A DNA stretch of 64,000 nt. Source: Mayamaea pseudoterrestris. Taxonomy: Eukaryota. Below are positions 23,683 through 35,240 of the stretch, one piece after another. The stretch's first letter is position 1; each line of letters opens with the position of its first letter. The notes beneath the pieces were generated by a model. That model worked only from the letters and a program-made list of their open reading frames with translations, ran no database searches and had not been told where the DNA came from. The position numbers and the translations under genes are program-made. The DNA is taken from positions 186,001-250,000 of the forward strand of contig BROI01000004.1 in NCBI GenBank assembly GCA_027923505.1. The letters run 5' to 3'.

Positions 23683-23872
23683 CCGTGCGTTTGTATTTTG
23701 TGAACGCATCAAGATGACATGAGTGTTTCGGAGGGTAGTCGCTGGATGAATGAGCAGGCACGAATAATTGAATCAAATGCGCGCTTTGGATCGGGAGACA
23801 AAACGTTCTACTGAGAAACGAATTCCGTTTATGTTAAGCAAACTTGTATTGTAACGGATTGTTTTTATGTGT

Positions 23873-24480
23873 TTAGAATTTCAGCTTCTGGAAGAAGTAA
23901 GTGCTACCTTGTGCCTTCTTCTCGCTCGTCACATCCTTCTGGTTAATGTATCGGTCGTAAAAGATCTTCTTAAGGTTCTTTCTGACTTCAATCTTCTTTT
24001 CTGGCTCGACCAAGTCTGCTTCATCGACTGCCTTTTTCAAATCAATGTCGACAACATAACGAGTCGGGAAAATGTGACGCATATTAACATACTTGACAAA
24101 AGGCTTCATTGCCTTGGTTCGCTTTTCAACCTTCTTCTTGCCCATGGCCTTGGTGACCTTTCGTGGAAGCGTCGCCAAGCCAGCGACAAGGCAGTGTGCA
24201 AAGCGCTTGTCCGTGTTGCCGTCGTCAAAAGTCTTGACTACAACAGCCTTCTTGCCGGCATGACGCCCTGCAAGTAGAATTACTACCTTTCCTGGTTCTG
24301 AAAAGTAGAAGAACGAATGAAGAGATATAGGTGAGAAATTTAATTTTTCAGCAGCTTTTCATGGTTGATCGCTTTGACGACATAAAGGGATAGCCTCTCG
24401 ACCCATTACAACACTAGAGTGTCGCCATCGTGTATTAAAGCTGTATATCTAACTGCCGGTAACTTACTGATGATCGCCAT
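23873..24480 (-). CDS. RPL27: 60S ribosomal protein L27 (eL27); exons 24480-24468 and 24297-23873
   Basis: Spliced product MAIIKPGKVVILLAGRHAGKKAVVVK...PRKVTKAMGKKKVEKR..KPFVKYVN..PTRY..FFQKLKF, using a gtaagt...cag intron. Confidence 0.95.
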
Positions 24481-24701
24481 GATAAATTACAATTTGATTG
24501 CAGCAGCAGCGTGGATGCTTGACGACGATGGGATACTTGGTGCGAGCCGTCGTCGAGCGAGAAGTTAGTAACGCGGTATCCAGTCCCGCTGCGATGCCGC
24601 TGATAGCGATGCGACGTCTTCAACTTGACCATGGCGCGCGTCAAAATTCCGTCGCAGCAACTTGCTAAATTTGCTCTACCACTTGGAACTAAGTCATCAA
24701 T

Positions 24702-25424
24702 ATGGATCAAGCAGAGCAACGCAAGGCGCGCCAAACGAAAGCAATGGACGCTTGTTGGAAGGCCGCCAGAGAAGGAGTCGGACGACTGTTGGAGGAAGCC
24801 AAAGTTTACAAGGGATCCGAGGCGCATTTATATCGAGGAGAAGCTACAACGATTATGGAACATGTGACCCCATTCTACTGGGGCCTTGCTACTGCTTCGT
24901 TTTTGTTTATCACCTTTCGTGTGACGGGATCCAAGCGATTTCAGCTCTACCGAGACGCCATGTTCCAACGCAAGCCAGTGTTGCCTCCTATGACGACGCG
25001 AAATGGTGCAGATCCAGCAAAGCAACAATGGAAGAGCTTGATAGAGCGCCAAACGGAGGAAAAGGCTGAGCTTGCCAATGACTTAACCAGATTACCGTTT
25101 GATTTCTTTGTCAGTATTTTGGGAGGATGCTCTACCGTACTTTTGCTTTCGAAACCAGACAAGATGGGTGATGATTTTGTTAACGCTCCATTGATGCCTG
25201 GAAAGAGCTTGATCTATAAAACTATATGCCCTCCTCTACAATCGGCATACGACGAGCAAGATCATAACGTATTTCAAGAGATAAATGAAGGTATGCTTGT
25301 AACATTCGAAGGCTTTGTTAGAAACTGCCGAATACGATCCGAGTTCATCAAACAACAGACCTTGCGAGGAGTAGCTCGTCCAGATGCTGTACCGTATCCT
25401 GGTTTAAAAGGCGCCTCCGGATAA
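24702..25424 (+). CDS. Hypothetical membrane protein (240 aa, 1-2 hydrophobic segments)
   Basis: ATG-to-stop ORF filling the intergenic space. Hydrophobic stretches FYWGLATASFLFITF and FFVSILGGCSTVLLL. Confidence 0.7.
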   Translation: MDQAEQRKARQTKAMDACWKAAREGVGRLLEEAKVYKGSEAHLYRGEATTIMEHVTPFYWGLATASFLFITFRVTGSKRFQLYRDAMFQRKPVLPPMTTRNGADPAKQQWKSLIERQTEEKAELANDLTRLPFDFFVSILGGCSTVLLLSKPDKMGDDFVNAPLMPGKSLIYKTICPPLQSAYDEQDHNVFQEINEGMLVTFEGFVRNCRIRSEFIKQQTLRGVARPDAVPYPGLKGASG

Positions 25425-25461
25425 CGTTAGCATAGCGCGTTGTTAAATTAAAACATTTTAG

Positions 25462-28400
25462 CTAGTCCAACCAATTCGCATACTCCCGATCCATGCGGGC
25501 AAACACATCGTCGACAGTCTCCTCTCCTTCAGTGCTAAACAATTCGTCGTCATTAACGTCAAATCGACGATTCGTGCTTATAGACTCGGGCGACCATTGA
25601 AAGTCATCCTTGCACATGTCACCAAACTCGAGTTCGATGCGTTCCATAGTAGTTTGAAACGACTCTTCGCCTTCGCGCTCCGCCGGAGAAACGATTACTT
25701 CCACACCTGGTTGCGATAGGGATGCATTGGACTCATCGACAGCTGCTGTTAACGAAGCTTGTAGCTGCAGTGACATTGTTGCCTCCTCGTTGCTCATATA
25801 CAGTAGTTTGCTAGTGATCCGTTCCAAAGATGTGGAGAGGGACAGACGTTTTTCGGTTAACTCTTGAAGCTCGGCTGCTAGCTGCTGCTGTGTCTCCAAT
25901 GATAGCGTGGTCGCGTTGGTCAATGAAGTCATACTTTTGCCTAACGGACCCTCCGTTGCTGGTGAGCCTTTAAGTTTAGTGCGAACCATGTCCCATCGCC
26001 GAGAAACCGTCGCCCACTGGTGCGTGTAGTACAGTACTTGGATGGCTAACTCACGCTGGATATCGCTCTGCGCATTCTCTTCGCGTGCCTCGATCACTGA
26101 TTCCAGACTTCCCTTTGGTTCAAGGAATAAATGATCGAGCATTCCGATTGATACCTCACTCATTTCCTGACCATCAAACCTCATGGAATGCCCATTGATT
26201 CGCTGATTGTCAGTTGTCATGGCAGATCGGTAGGCGCTTTTAGAAGCTGCTTCGTTCTTGTTAGCCGACTGTAAATCCAGCGTATCCTCCTGCTCATGGG
26301 GTAATACATTGCCCTGCGATTCTGTATGAAACGAATTTCCAAAAGCATTTTCTGGGCAGTCCGGGAGAGAGGTTAAAGTTGTCCGCAGCTGCTCGCGAGT
26401 TGCGGAGATGAGGAAGCTATCGCTGAGCAATTTATCGAATAGCCACTCATTTTCCTTGCAGCTCCATGCTAGTTCGCCATGGCCACCACCGACGGCACTA
26501 CGCGCCATGCATATATTTCTCATTGCTCTTCTAGCAGTAGCATGACTCACTAATAGAGTCAACAGCTTGCTTTCACAACTCAGTTGAATACGTAACGGAT
26601 CTTTTCTTGCCAGCGGTCCAAAACCGACGCGCTTTTGTACAAGTGAAATAATATCGAAGTGGTCCAAATTACGCCTATCGTATGTGTACCCCGAAGTCAC
26701 TGCCTGTTCAGTGAGATATTTGCGACCCTGGAAGTCATTTGAGTTAAAGTAAACTGGGATGTCGAGTCGATAGAATCCATTGTAGTCAGCGACGTCATCA
26801 GTTGATTGCTTAAACGGCCCGTAAAGGCGAGTCTTAGAAGTATTTCCACGAAGCAAATTTCCTTCTTCAAAGCGCGAACCTATTTGCTTCCACTTTTCGT
26901 CAGTGAGGCCAAGCCAAGCAGCATCCAAGTCATTTTCGAATTGGGGACCGCCAAAATGATCAAGTATAGAGCGTTCCGTCTTCAAAGCGAGATCGCGCTC
27001 GCGCTTCACTTTGAAGGTGCGAGTCTTTGGTTTTACTGGAGCTGATTCAGCAGGCAAATATTGTTGTGTTGAGGATGCTGTAACACTACTGCGAGTCAGA
27101 TTCGTTGTCATGTTTCGTGAAAGCTTCTCTTCGTCGTCGAGTATAGATGCGCTACCACCCATTGTTATGGCCTTCATTCTTGATCCGATGGTAGCGTCAT
27201 TCACTATCGTTGCAGATGACTCGGCCCGTCGCAGTAACGCCTCCTTCTTGTCTGCTATTCGTGACACAAGACTGATCAAGTCAGACTCCAGTTGGGCATG
27301 CACCGCACTCGATGCGACAGTCTCGTTCGACTCGTTCGCCACAATCTTCGCCAGCAACCCCGCCACCTCGTAAGCATGTTTCGTCCGATCGGCGGCTTCC
27401 ATCGTCGCCGCGATAAATTCGGCAGCGCGCTCAAACACCTTGCTGAAACTATTCTCGCAACCACGCGCTGCAGATGAATCATAGGAGGACAGCATCCGAC
27501 TCAAGTAAAACTGCGTCCAATCTGTTGCGTTGGCGAGAATCACACGGTCGAACTCATTCGCAATTGCATTCGATTCCATTGTGGACGTCAACAACTCTGC
27601 ATACTCTGCCGGGTCTTTACAACCATCAGGGAGTCGAGCAACTAGAAATTGGACCGAGTATTTCTTTACCGTTTCCTTCAAAAGGCCATTGCTGCAAACC
27701 AACTCCATGGCAGCGAGTCCTGCAGCATCATTGTCAAGACACAAGACAACCTTTCCGTTGAGCTTTCGGGCTGTTTGAGCCGCCAGCGCGAGCTGATCCC
27801 TTGAAAGCGCCGTGCCCATGCTTGCCACCGCCCCCTTGACGCCAGCCGCCCACAATGCAATGGCGTCCATGTATCCTTCGACAATGACAAGACTTGTTTG
27901 CCTTGCAACAGTTGGATCTTTCGACAACAGTTCGTTGACTTTGTGTAAGCCAAACAGTATTTTGCTCTTGTGAAACACCAGTGTTTCTGGACTGTTCAAG
28001 TACTTTGGTCCTTGATAATTGTTTGCAGACGATGATACTGTTCCAACATTTGGAATGTCACGGCCTCCGAAACCCAAGACTTGCTTTCCGGTAATATCCA
28101 TAATGGGAACAATGAACCGGTTGCGAAACCGATCCATCAAGTCACTGTAGTCAAGTCCGTCGTCGCTGCGTTCCGTCGCGTTGCTCGTATCAATGACAAT
28201 CGAGTCAAATAGTTTGTTCACTGTCGTGGCCAAACCCGCGTCCATAATCTCCTGCGGCGTAAAGTCCAGTTGCTCTAAGTGCTCCACCAAGCTACCCTGT
28301 CCCCAGACTGCTCGCTTATGCGCGCCGTAGTATACATCCGGCGCGTAGCCCAGACAAAAGGTTTGCACCGTTTGTGGTTCCAAGTGGCGCGATCGCGCGT

Positions 28401-29328
28401 AGGCGCGCACGTTGCCCGCAGACGGCTCCATGAAGCAGCGTGTATAGTAGTTTGTCGCCGCTCGATTGGCGGCCAGCAAACGCTCGCGCTTCCGTGTCAG
28501 TGCCGGAGACGCGGTGGCGCTGTTATGATTCGTGTCGCCAAGCGTGGCGAAGGTTTGCTGTATAGTACTACTCGGATCACCATGTTCACGCGCCACCTTT
28601 TGAATCACTTGACGAAAGGATAGTTGTTCGCCATTGTTCGTCGTGGCATGATGCAGCTGCACAAACTCGAAAACATCACCGGAAGCTTGGCAGCTAAAGC
28701 ACTTGAATATTTGACGCTGGCCGTCAATGCTCATCGAGGGACTATGGTCGTCGTGAAAGGGACAAAGGGCAGTCGCTTGCGTGCGAGACTTGAGTCGAAA
28801 AAGTGGCAGATTGTAGGATTCCACGACGGAAATCAAGTCAATGGATTCCTTGAATAATTGGAGTTGGTCTTTGTCAATCCAATTGTTGTTGTTGTTGCTG
28901 CTCGTGCTGCTGCTGCTGCTGCTTGTAGATTGCGCTTTTGATGCATACGACGACGACGAGACTGGCTCGGTTTCATTGCTCAACACAGCCGACTGCTGCA
29001 ACGTCGTGGCAATCCGGCTCGTCAGATAGCCTCGAGATGTAGACAACTTTGGTCGTTGTATGAAAAAGGTACTGCTTTGCTGCGCAAACACTAGCAACAC
29101 GGCAAAGATTGACACCAAGCTTTTGGTCACAGTTGCAGCTGCAGCTCTGGGATAACGATGAACGCTATTGCGTGTAGCACTGCATTGTGAAGCGTCGATA
29201 AGATGGTGAAATCGTATATTGTCACGTTTCCTCGGTCGAGCCATGAAAATAGGCTGTTGAAAGGTCCCTGTTAGCTTGGGGTTGATCGGATGTTGCGTTT
29301 TGCAAGTTTGCGTGGTTCTCGACGCCAT
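25462..29328 (-). CDS. dnaG: Bacterial-type DNA primase (CHC2 zinc finger + TOPRIM) with long C-terminal extension, probably plastid-targeted; start may be 29244
   Basis: ALCPFHDDHSPS..FKCFSC, DRFRNRFIVPI..GFGGR, PKYLNSPET..FHKS..LFG, VEGYMDAIAL, LCLDNDAAG, KDPAE. Confidence 0.92.
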   Translation of the reverse strand: MASRTTQTCKTQHPINPKLTGTFQQPIFMARPRKRDNIRFHHLIDASQCSATRNSVHRYPRAAAATVTKSLVSIFAVLLVFAQQSSTFFIQRPKLSTSRGYLTSRIATTLQQSAVLSNETEPVSSSSYASKAQSTSSSSSSTSSNNNNNWIDKDQLQLFKESIDLISVVESYNLPLFRLKSRTQATALCPFHDDHSPSMSIDGQRQIFKCFSCQASGDVFEFVQLHHATTNNGEQLSFRQVIQKVAREHGDPSSTIQQTFATLGDTNHNSATASPALTRKRERLLAANRAATNYYTRCFMEPSAGNVRAYARSRHLEPQTVQTFCLGYAPDVYYGAHKRAVWGQGSLVEHLEQLDFTPQEIMDAGLATTVNKLFDSIVIDTSNATERSDDGLDYSDLMDRFRNRFIVPIMDITGKQVLGFGGRDIPNVGTVSSSANNYQGPKYLNSPETLVFHKSKILFGLHKVNELLSKDPTVARQTSLVIVEGYMDAIALWAAGVKGAVASMGTALSRDQLALAAQTARKLNGKVVLCLDNDAAGLAAMELVCSNGLLKETVKKYSVQFLVARLPDGCKDPAEYAELLTSTMESNAIANEFDRVILANATDWTQFYLSRMLSSYDSSAARGCENSFSKVFERAAEFIAATMEAADRTKHAYEVAGLLAKIVANESNETVASSAVHAQLESDLISLVSRIADKKEALLRRAESSATIVNDATIGSRMKAITMGGSASILDDEEKLSRNMTTNLTRSSVTASSTQQYLPAESAPVKPKTRTFKVKRERDLALKTERSILDHFGGPQFENDLDAAWLGLTDEKWKQIGSRFEEGNLLRGNTSKTRLYGPFKQSTDDVADYNGFYRLDIPVYFNSNDFQGRKYLTEQAVTSGYTYDRRNLDHFDIISLVQKRVGFGPLARKDPLRIQLSCESKLLTLLVSHATARRAMRNICMARSAVGGGHGELAWSCKENEWLFDKLLSDSFLISATREQLRTTLTSLPDCPENAFGNSFHTESQGNVLPHEQEDTLDLQSANKNEAASKSAYRSAMTTDNQRINGHSMRFDGQEMSEVSIGMLDHLFLEPKGSLESVIEAREENAQSDIQRELAIQVLYYTHQWATVSRRWDMVRTKLKGSPATEGPLGKSMTSLTNATTLSLETQQQLAAELQELTEKRLSLSTSLERITSKLLYMSNEEATMSLQLQASLTAAVDESNASLSQPGVEVIVSPAEREGEESFQTTMERIELEFGDMCKDDFQWSPESISTNRRFDVNDDELFSTEGEETVDDVFARMDREYANWLD

Positions 29329-29495
29329 GGTCGGTTTCGGGAAAAAACGTGTTCTTGTCTGAGCGGTGCTCGTTATGTCGGAGCGTTACTAAAAATGAGG
29401 AGAAAAAGTCCATCGAGACGCAGCATCGCCTTACAAACTCGATTGCGATGAGATCCATCGAGCATATCAAGTTATCTCCATTGCAAGGTACCACA

Positions 29496-30528
29496 ATGAT
29501 GTTCAAAAAGCAACGGATAGGAGTACCTTGTAGCCGCTTCTCTCGCTTTCAATGGATTGTTGCAATACTTTTGGCGACGGACGCCACTCTTCGTTTCGCT
29601 CAAGCGTCATCGACAGCATCCAAAGACTCCAACAGCAAATTTCCAAAACCCGGCATCAAGGCGGATTCCTTTGTGCAAGCATCTCCGCTCGTTTGTGCCG
29701 CGGTTTGTGGGGATGGTGTGCTGGTGGTAGCGGCCCATGTCAATGTCGACGACAGCGAACCGTTGCTCTACTACTCGTCGAATGACGCAGCAGATTCTGC
29801 AACAGATAATAGTAATGATGCAAACGGCTCATTCATCGACTTGCCACCAAACTTTCAAGGACCATTTCGCATTCACTCGGGGGATACACGTGGAACCTGC
29901 CTCGCTTCGGCTGGATGGAGGGCCGACGGCGACGCCTTGCTGCGCAAGTGCCGACGCGTGGCGGACGAGGAACGAGCCACCTACGGAGACGAAACGTCGC
30001 CACTGTACGTTCGATTTCTTGCCACGGAGCTGTCCTTGTACTTGGCGCAGTGCGAAGTATCGGAGCGAGTAAGTAATGTCTTGGCGCGCGCGTAAAATGC
30101 ATTGCTGGACTGACAGGACGGCATGAATCTTACAACCCCGACTTGCTTCACAGACACGAACCTTGGCATGCGCATCTCTACTAGCATCTCCGACAGAAGT
30201 GTGGCTGGTGGATTCCACGGGTGCTCATTGCGTCCGAGCCTTGTGCATTGGAGGTGGGGGTACGTCGGATGGCAAGCTTGTCTCGGACGCTGTCAATCAA
30301 CAGCTCGTGGAGCATGACTGGGAGACCATGACGACGAACGCTGCGCTCAAGACTCTACTGCAAATATTGAGTGGCACGAGCGAGCACGAGCATATTGATG
30401 ATTCGAATCCAGCTCCTCGATTGGTTCCCGTCAACACGCGATTGGAAGTTGCCAGCGTGGAATCTTCCAGCAAGCCATTTGCAAGACGCAAGCTTTCGTC
30501 CTTCGCCTTTATAAAAGATACTAGATAG
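29496..30528 (+). CDS. Divergent 20S proteasome alpha-like (Ntn-fold) protein with N-terminal hydrophobic signal; intron 30069-30153
   Basis: VCGDGVLVVA, SAGWRADGDAL, ATYGDE, ER|TRTLACASLLA, LVDSTG..RALCIGGG. Confidence 0.7.
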
Positions 30529-30731
30529 TGCTGTAATACATATTGTATAATAATGTAAGTATACACTGGAAGTATCGATGACGACGTTTGCAATAGCTGA
30601 TGTGGTCCGTCCGTCGCCCCAATTTCGATTGGGAGAGCCAACCGATCTGCCGGCCTTCACTTTTTCACAGAACAAAAATCGCAGGCTCGTCTTCGACCAA
30701 CAAACAATTTGCCTTACTACATTGAACCACC

Positions 30732-32654
30732 ATGATATCCTCCATTGCTTGGGTGCCGGCAGGTGTCGCCGATGCTCGTCCGAAAAAGTATGAGCTTTCG
30801 CCCGCCGAGCAGGAGCTCATTCTGCTAATGGAGCAGCAGGGCGGCATCAACGACTCGAGGAAAAAGACCAAGGCTGAAAAGGCAGTATCCGTCATTGCTT
30901 CCTCAAATTCGGCTGCTCCAAACAGTCTTCCGGCAGATTTACGCATGGACGAGTATTCTGATGACGACGATGATGAAGCGGAAATGGGCGTCGGAAGGCT
31001 GCTGCTGGCGAGTGACGCGGAAGATAGCGACAGTGAGAGTGATGAGGACTCGAACGACGCTGACGACGCTGCACCAAAAAACGATGATCAATCCAACAAT
31101 GTTAGTGAGTCGGACGATGACTCGGACGATGACTTGAACGACGTGCCCGATACACGAGAATACATGGCGCTGGACGTTCAAGGTTTAGAAGCCATGGGTT
31201 TGTCGCAGGTGGGAGGGCGATATACGGATATGCAAATGGATGAGTTGGGCAATCAAGAGGACGACGATGACGAAAGTGACATTGCCGATGTTGCATTGAG
31301 TCCGACGGATGCGATACTAGTCGTTGGAAAGGCGGAAGATGTAAGTTTATCGTAGTCGACCATCGTTCTGTCAGCCTATCTTGCGTGGCCTTCTTGCTAA
31401 CGTTTGCTTAATAAACACGCAAAGGACTTTGCAAGTTTGGAAGTACACGTATATGATCGATCGACCGGCAATCTGTACGTTCATCATGATATTCCTCTTC
31501 CAGCCTTTCCGCTATGTCTTGCGCACGGCCAAGTCAGCAGCCAAGGCAAGATTGGCAATTATTGCGCCGTTGGCACCTTTCACCCTGGTATTGAAATATG
31601 GAACCTTGACGTACTCAATGCATTGGAACCATCGTGTGTATTGGGTGGCGAAGATACGACGGCGGCAGATGATTTGATGCAGGCGCAAGCAATGCGAGGA
31701 TCTGGTGGAGCAAAACCAAAAGTAAAAGGTAGTGGCGGCCTTCGACCTGGAAGCCACACGGACGCAGTCATGGCACTATCTTGGAACCCTATTCATCAGC
31801 AAGTGATTGCTAGTGGTAGTGCGGATATGACAGTTAAATTATGGGATGTGACTAAAGCCGGAAGTGGTGACCAGGAAGGATGCAACGCTGCTACCTTTTC
31901 GCATCATAGTAACAAGGTTCAATCTGTTGCATGGCATCCAGTGGAAGGAACACTATTAGCAACTGGATCGTACGATCGAACTGTAGCGCTACTCGATGCG
32001 CGAGGGATTGGGAAGGACGTGAAAATAGTCAAGTTGCCTGCCGACTGCGAAGCTATTGCATGGGATGTCCACAATCCTGAATGTCTGACGGTTGCCAGTG
32101 AAGATGGTACACTTGCATGTTACGATGTTCGACAATTTGAGACATCCAAGCCTTTATGGTCATTTGTTGCGAACCAATTTGGAGTTTCAGACATTTCCTA
32201 CAATCGACTGGTTCCTGGATTTCTTGCAATAAGTAGCCCTGACAAAACGGTCACTCTCTGGGATGCTGGGCTGCCAGGTAGTCCTGCAATGAAACAACCG
32301 CCGAAGTTGTGTGGTAGCAAAGATATGTGTTCCGGAAAGCTATACACGGTTCAATTTTACCCCTCAGATCCGTGGCTTTTAGGTACTGGTGGATCGGGCA
32401 ACCAGCTGGCACTCTGGGATTTTTCGAATGAAAGTGAGATCCAGAGGCGATTTGCTGGTCGCGTAGCAAGCAAAACTGGAGAACAAGCACAAGTTGTGGA
32501 AGCTGCTGATGCGAAGCCGATCGATGCAGAGCTCGAGTCCATGATGGCCAAGCGAGAGACCAGTCCTGCTGCAGACGCGGGCAAGTCTGGGATGAATAAA
32601 AAACGAAACAAGGCGAAGGGGAAGAGTCCGAACAAGCCCCGAAAAGGAAGATAA
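30732..32654 (+). CDS. PWP1: Periodic tryptophan protein 1 (WD40 ribosome biogenesis factor); intron 31341-31424
   Basis: MISSIAWVPAG, acidic tract, NLYVHHDIPLPAFPLC, IEIWNLD, HTDAVMALSWN, SGSADMTVKLWD. Confidence 0.93.
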
Positions 32655-32771
32655 ATGGCTTTCTTGTTGTGCATAAATGCTTTAAGGCGGTCTATTGCCT
32701 GCCCTTCGCGTGTAAATACAGGTATAGTTTTGGCAGCGGCAATATGGTTAGAGAGTGAAATTCCCAGCAGC

Positions 32772-33611
32772 TTATGCTTCGCTTAGCTCGTCCATGGCAC
32801 AATTTGCGTCACCGTCTTCATCATCGCCGTCTCCATAGTACTTATAAAACTGATCCAGCTCATATACATTTTCAATGCTGCCAAGAAACGTTGGTACTCG
32901 CTGGTGTATCTCGCATGGCTTGACGTTCAGGATACGACTGTGACCTGTCGAGCCTGCGCCACCTGCCTGTTCAATAATCATTCCCATAGGCGCTGACTCG
33001 TACAATAGCCGCAGCTTTCCATTAGGGCTCTTTTTTGTAGCAGGATAGCCGTAAATGCCTCCGTTGATCAAAATATTGTGAACGTCCGCAACGAGGGCAC
33101 CAATATATCGGGCGTTGGACCTGACACCAACGGAGCTCGATCCTTCCTTGAGTGCCCTAAGATATCTCCTCACTGGCTCGTCAAAATCGATAAAATTTGC
33201 TTCATTAAAGCTATAAATTGGACCGGCCGACGGGATGCGAATATCCCGATGGGTGTGGAGGAATTGTCCATAATCTGGATCGAGGGTGAAGCCGTCCACT
33301 CCATTACCCAGCGTCAGTACAAGCACGGTTGTAGCGCTGCATAGGAAAAAGAACAGATTAGTGGCATCATTCTACGCACAATCGCTAAAAGTCAGCGGTC
33401 AACTTACGAGTACAAACAGTATCCAGACGCAACGAGTGAGCTCCCTCGCTGCAAAAACATGGCGTCTCTGTCAGCCCCATTCACAATGCCGGGCGGCGCC
33501 CGATAGATTCCAAAGATGCTACCGACTGGCAGTGATGCATCAATGTTCTTTGAGCCATCAATTGGATCAAATACCGCAACAAAGTCTCCAATAGCGAAGG
33601 CCGAGTCGCCC
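32772..33611 (-). pseudogene. FBP: Fructose-1,6-bisphosphatase class I, 3' portion only (intron 33337-33407); 5' part replaced by an LTR
   Basis: VAVFDPIDGSKNIDASLPVGSIFGIY, GYCLYS|AT, YSFNEAN, RYIGALVADVH, GKLRLLYE. No upstream FBPase-coding sequence seen beyond 33611. Confidence 0.85.
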
Positions 33612-34631
33612 TGTGATGAGGTATAGGTTCAACTTAGCCAAACGTTCAGCCGTCCAGCTGCTCTCCACGCGTGCACCATAATATATAAACGTACCATAAT
33701 ATCCGAATGTCATCTTTCTTTGTGCTCGGCGATACTGATGCTGCTGCTGTTGACGGAAGCGATCGTTTCGCTGCAAATCTTTCGTCGTCAATGCGTCTCG
33801 TTGTTGGTGTTAGTTCGATGTACTCGGATCGGTAGAACGGATCGGTATGCGTCGACGATCGGTGGCGCAAGGCTGCCAGTTGTCGTCTAAGCCGTCAGGA
33901 CTTGCTGAAGATGCTCGTCAGTCCAGGAGTTTGGAATCGCTTGGTAAGGAATGCGAAACAACTGTTTGTGTCGGTGAAACTTGGTGAAAAGTCATCTAAC
34001 TCTTGTTGAACTTCTCTTGAGTCGTCTATCGGAGCAGATGCGACTGGGTCGGGCGTGCCACTGGAGGTCTTGGAACTCGTCTGTTGCTTTTCGCAGACAA
34101 GACAAGGGCAAGTGTGTGACTGGACTCGATTCTGTCGGTGACGAATGGCGTGTCGGGTAGAAAGTAGGATGGATCGCTCGTCACTTGTTCTTGATGGACG
34201 TTTGCGATTCTCACTTGATTGGCTCCTTCTGTTGATCGAGAAGGTTGATCGAGCAGCTGCTGACGTGTAAGCAGCCGGAATGGCTTCGTTGGATCTTTCG
34301 GTGATGGTAATGATGGATCAAGCGACGGCGTTGACGGTCGTCATGATGCTCTTGGCGGCAGATATGCAGGCAAGGATGACGGTACTTTTGTCGGTTGGTG
34401 TATCTGTGTCAAATATAAGCAAAGGGTTGTCTCACAACGCTATTTGCCTCTTTCAACACTTGCAATGAAATTCGTCTCGTTCGTTTTGGATTCTCGTATC
34501 AAGGTGCGGCGATTCACTTACTGCTCGTGTAACGTTGTGCTCGTCTCGTTTGATTGCCTGTTTAAGATGAAAAGGGCTCGTTTTCTTGCCTCTCTTTTCC
34601 GTTCTGATCTTCGCTCTTCTCTTTAATCACA
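33612..34631 (+). mobile_element. Putative ~1020-bp LTR of a further LTR retrotransposon, with probable internal sequence to ~35240
   Basis: Termini TGTGATGA...TAATCACA (7/8 inverted match), TATATAAA near 33683, GGTGGTTG right after the 3' end, abrupt break of the FBPase frame. Confidence 0.55.
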
Positions 34632-35240
34632 GGTGGTTGATTCCGCGTCCGGACACTCACTCGGCGATTCGTTCAATTCGTTCGTTCGACGATCGGTACT
34701 TACTTGCTCTGGTCCAACGGCAAGTCGCGACTTTGCTTGGACTCAGATCTCGTTGACGGATCCGTGTTGACTAAAATGCTTTGCGACCCTCTAAAGATGC
34801 TACGGTGTAACAGCTTTGTTATTTCGGAGAGTGAGCTTGTTTGCTCGAATGTTAAAATCTAGTCGTGCGTAATTAGTTCCGTCTGATTGTCGGAACCGAA
34901 TGTTCGGGAGAGCTCGTGTACATCAGGCCTTTCATAGCTGCATCTCGGCAGATGGAGGTTCCTGGTTGTTCCCTCGCTGTAGATGCCTGGTACTCGGCTA
35001 CGGTTCGAATCTCCGTTCTTTCGGGCATTCTCCTTATCGAATCAGGCCGTAAGTTTGTTCTCCTTATTTCTGGTAAAATGCGACCTCTAACATCCGGGGT
35101 CTCCTCCGGGTCTGAATCAGGGTCATAGTATCTTTCGGGTCGATCTCCTTTCACGTCATGTGTTAGGGTTGTGATGATGTCAGGTTGTTCGTCAGCTAGG
35201 CTTCTCAAACCTGAAGTGAAGGCGGCCACAAACGAGGCTT

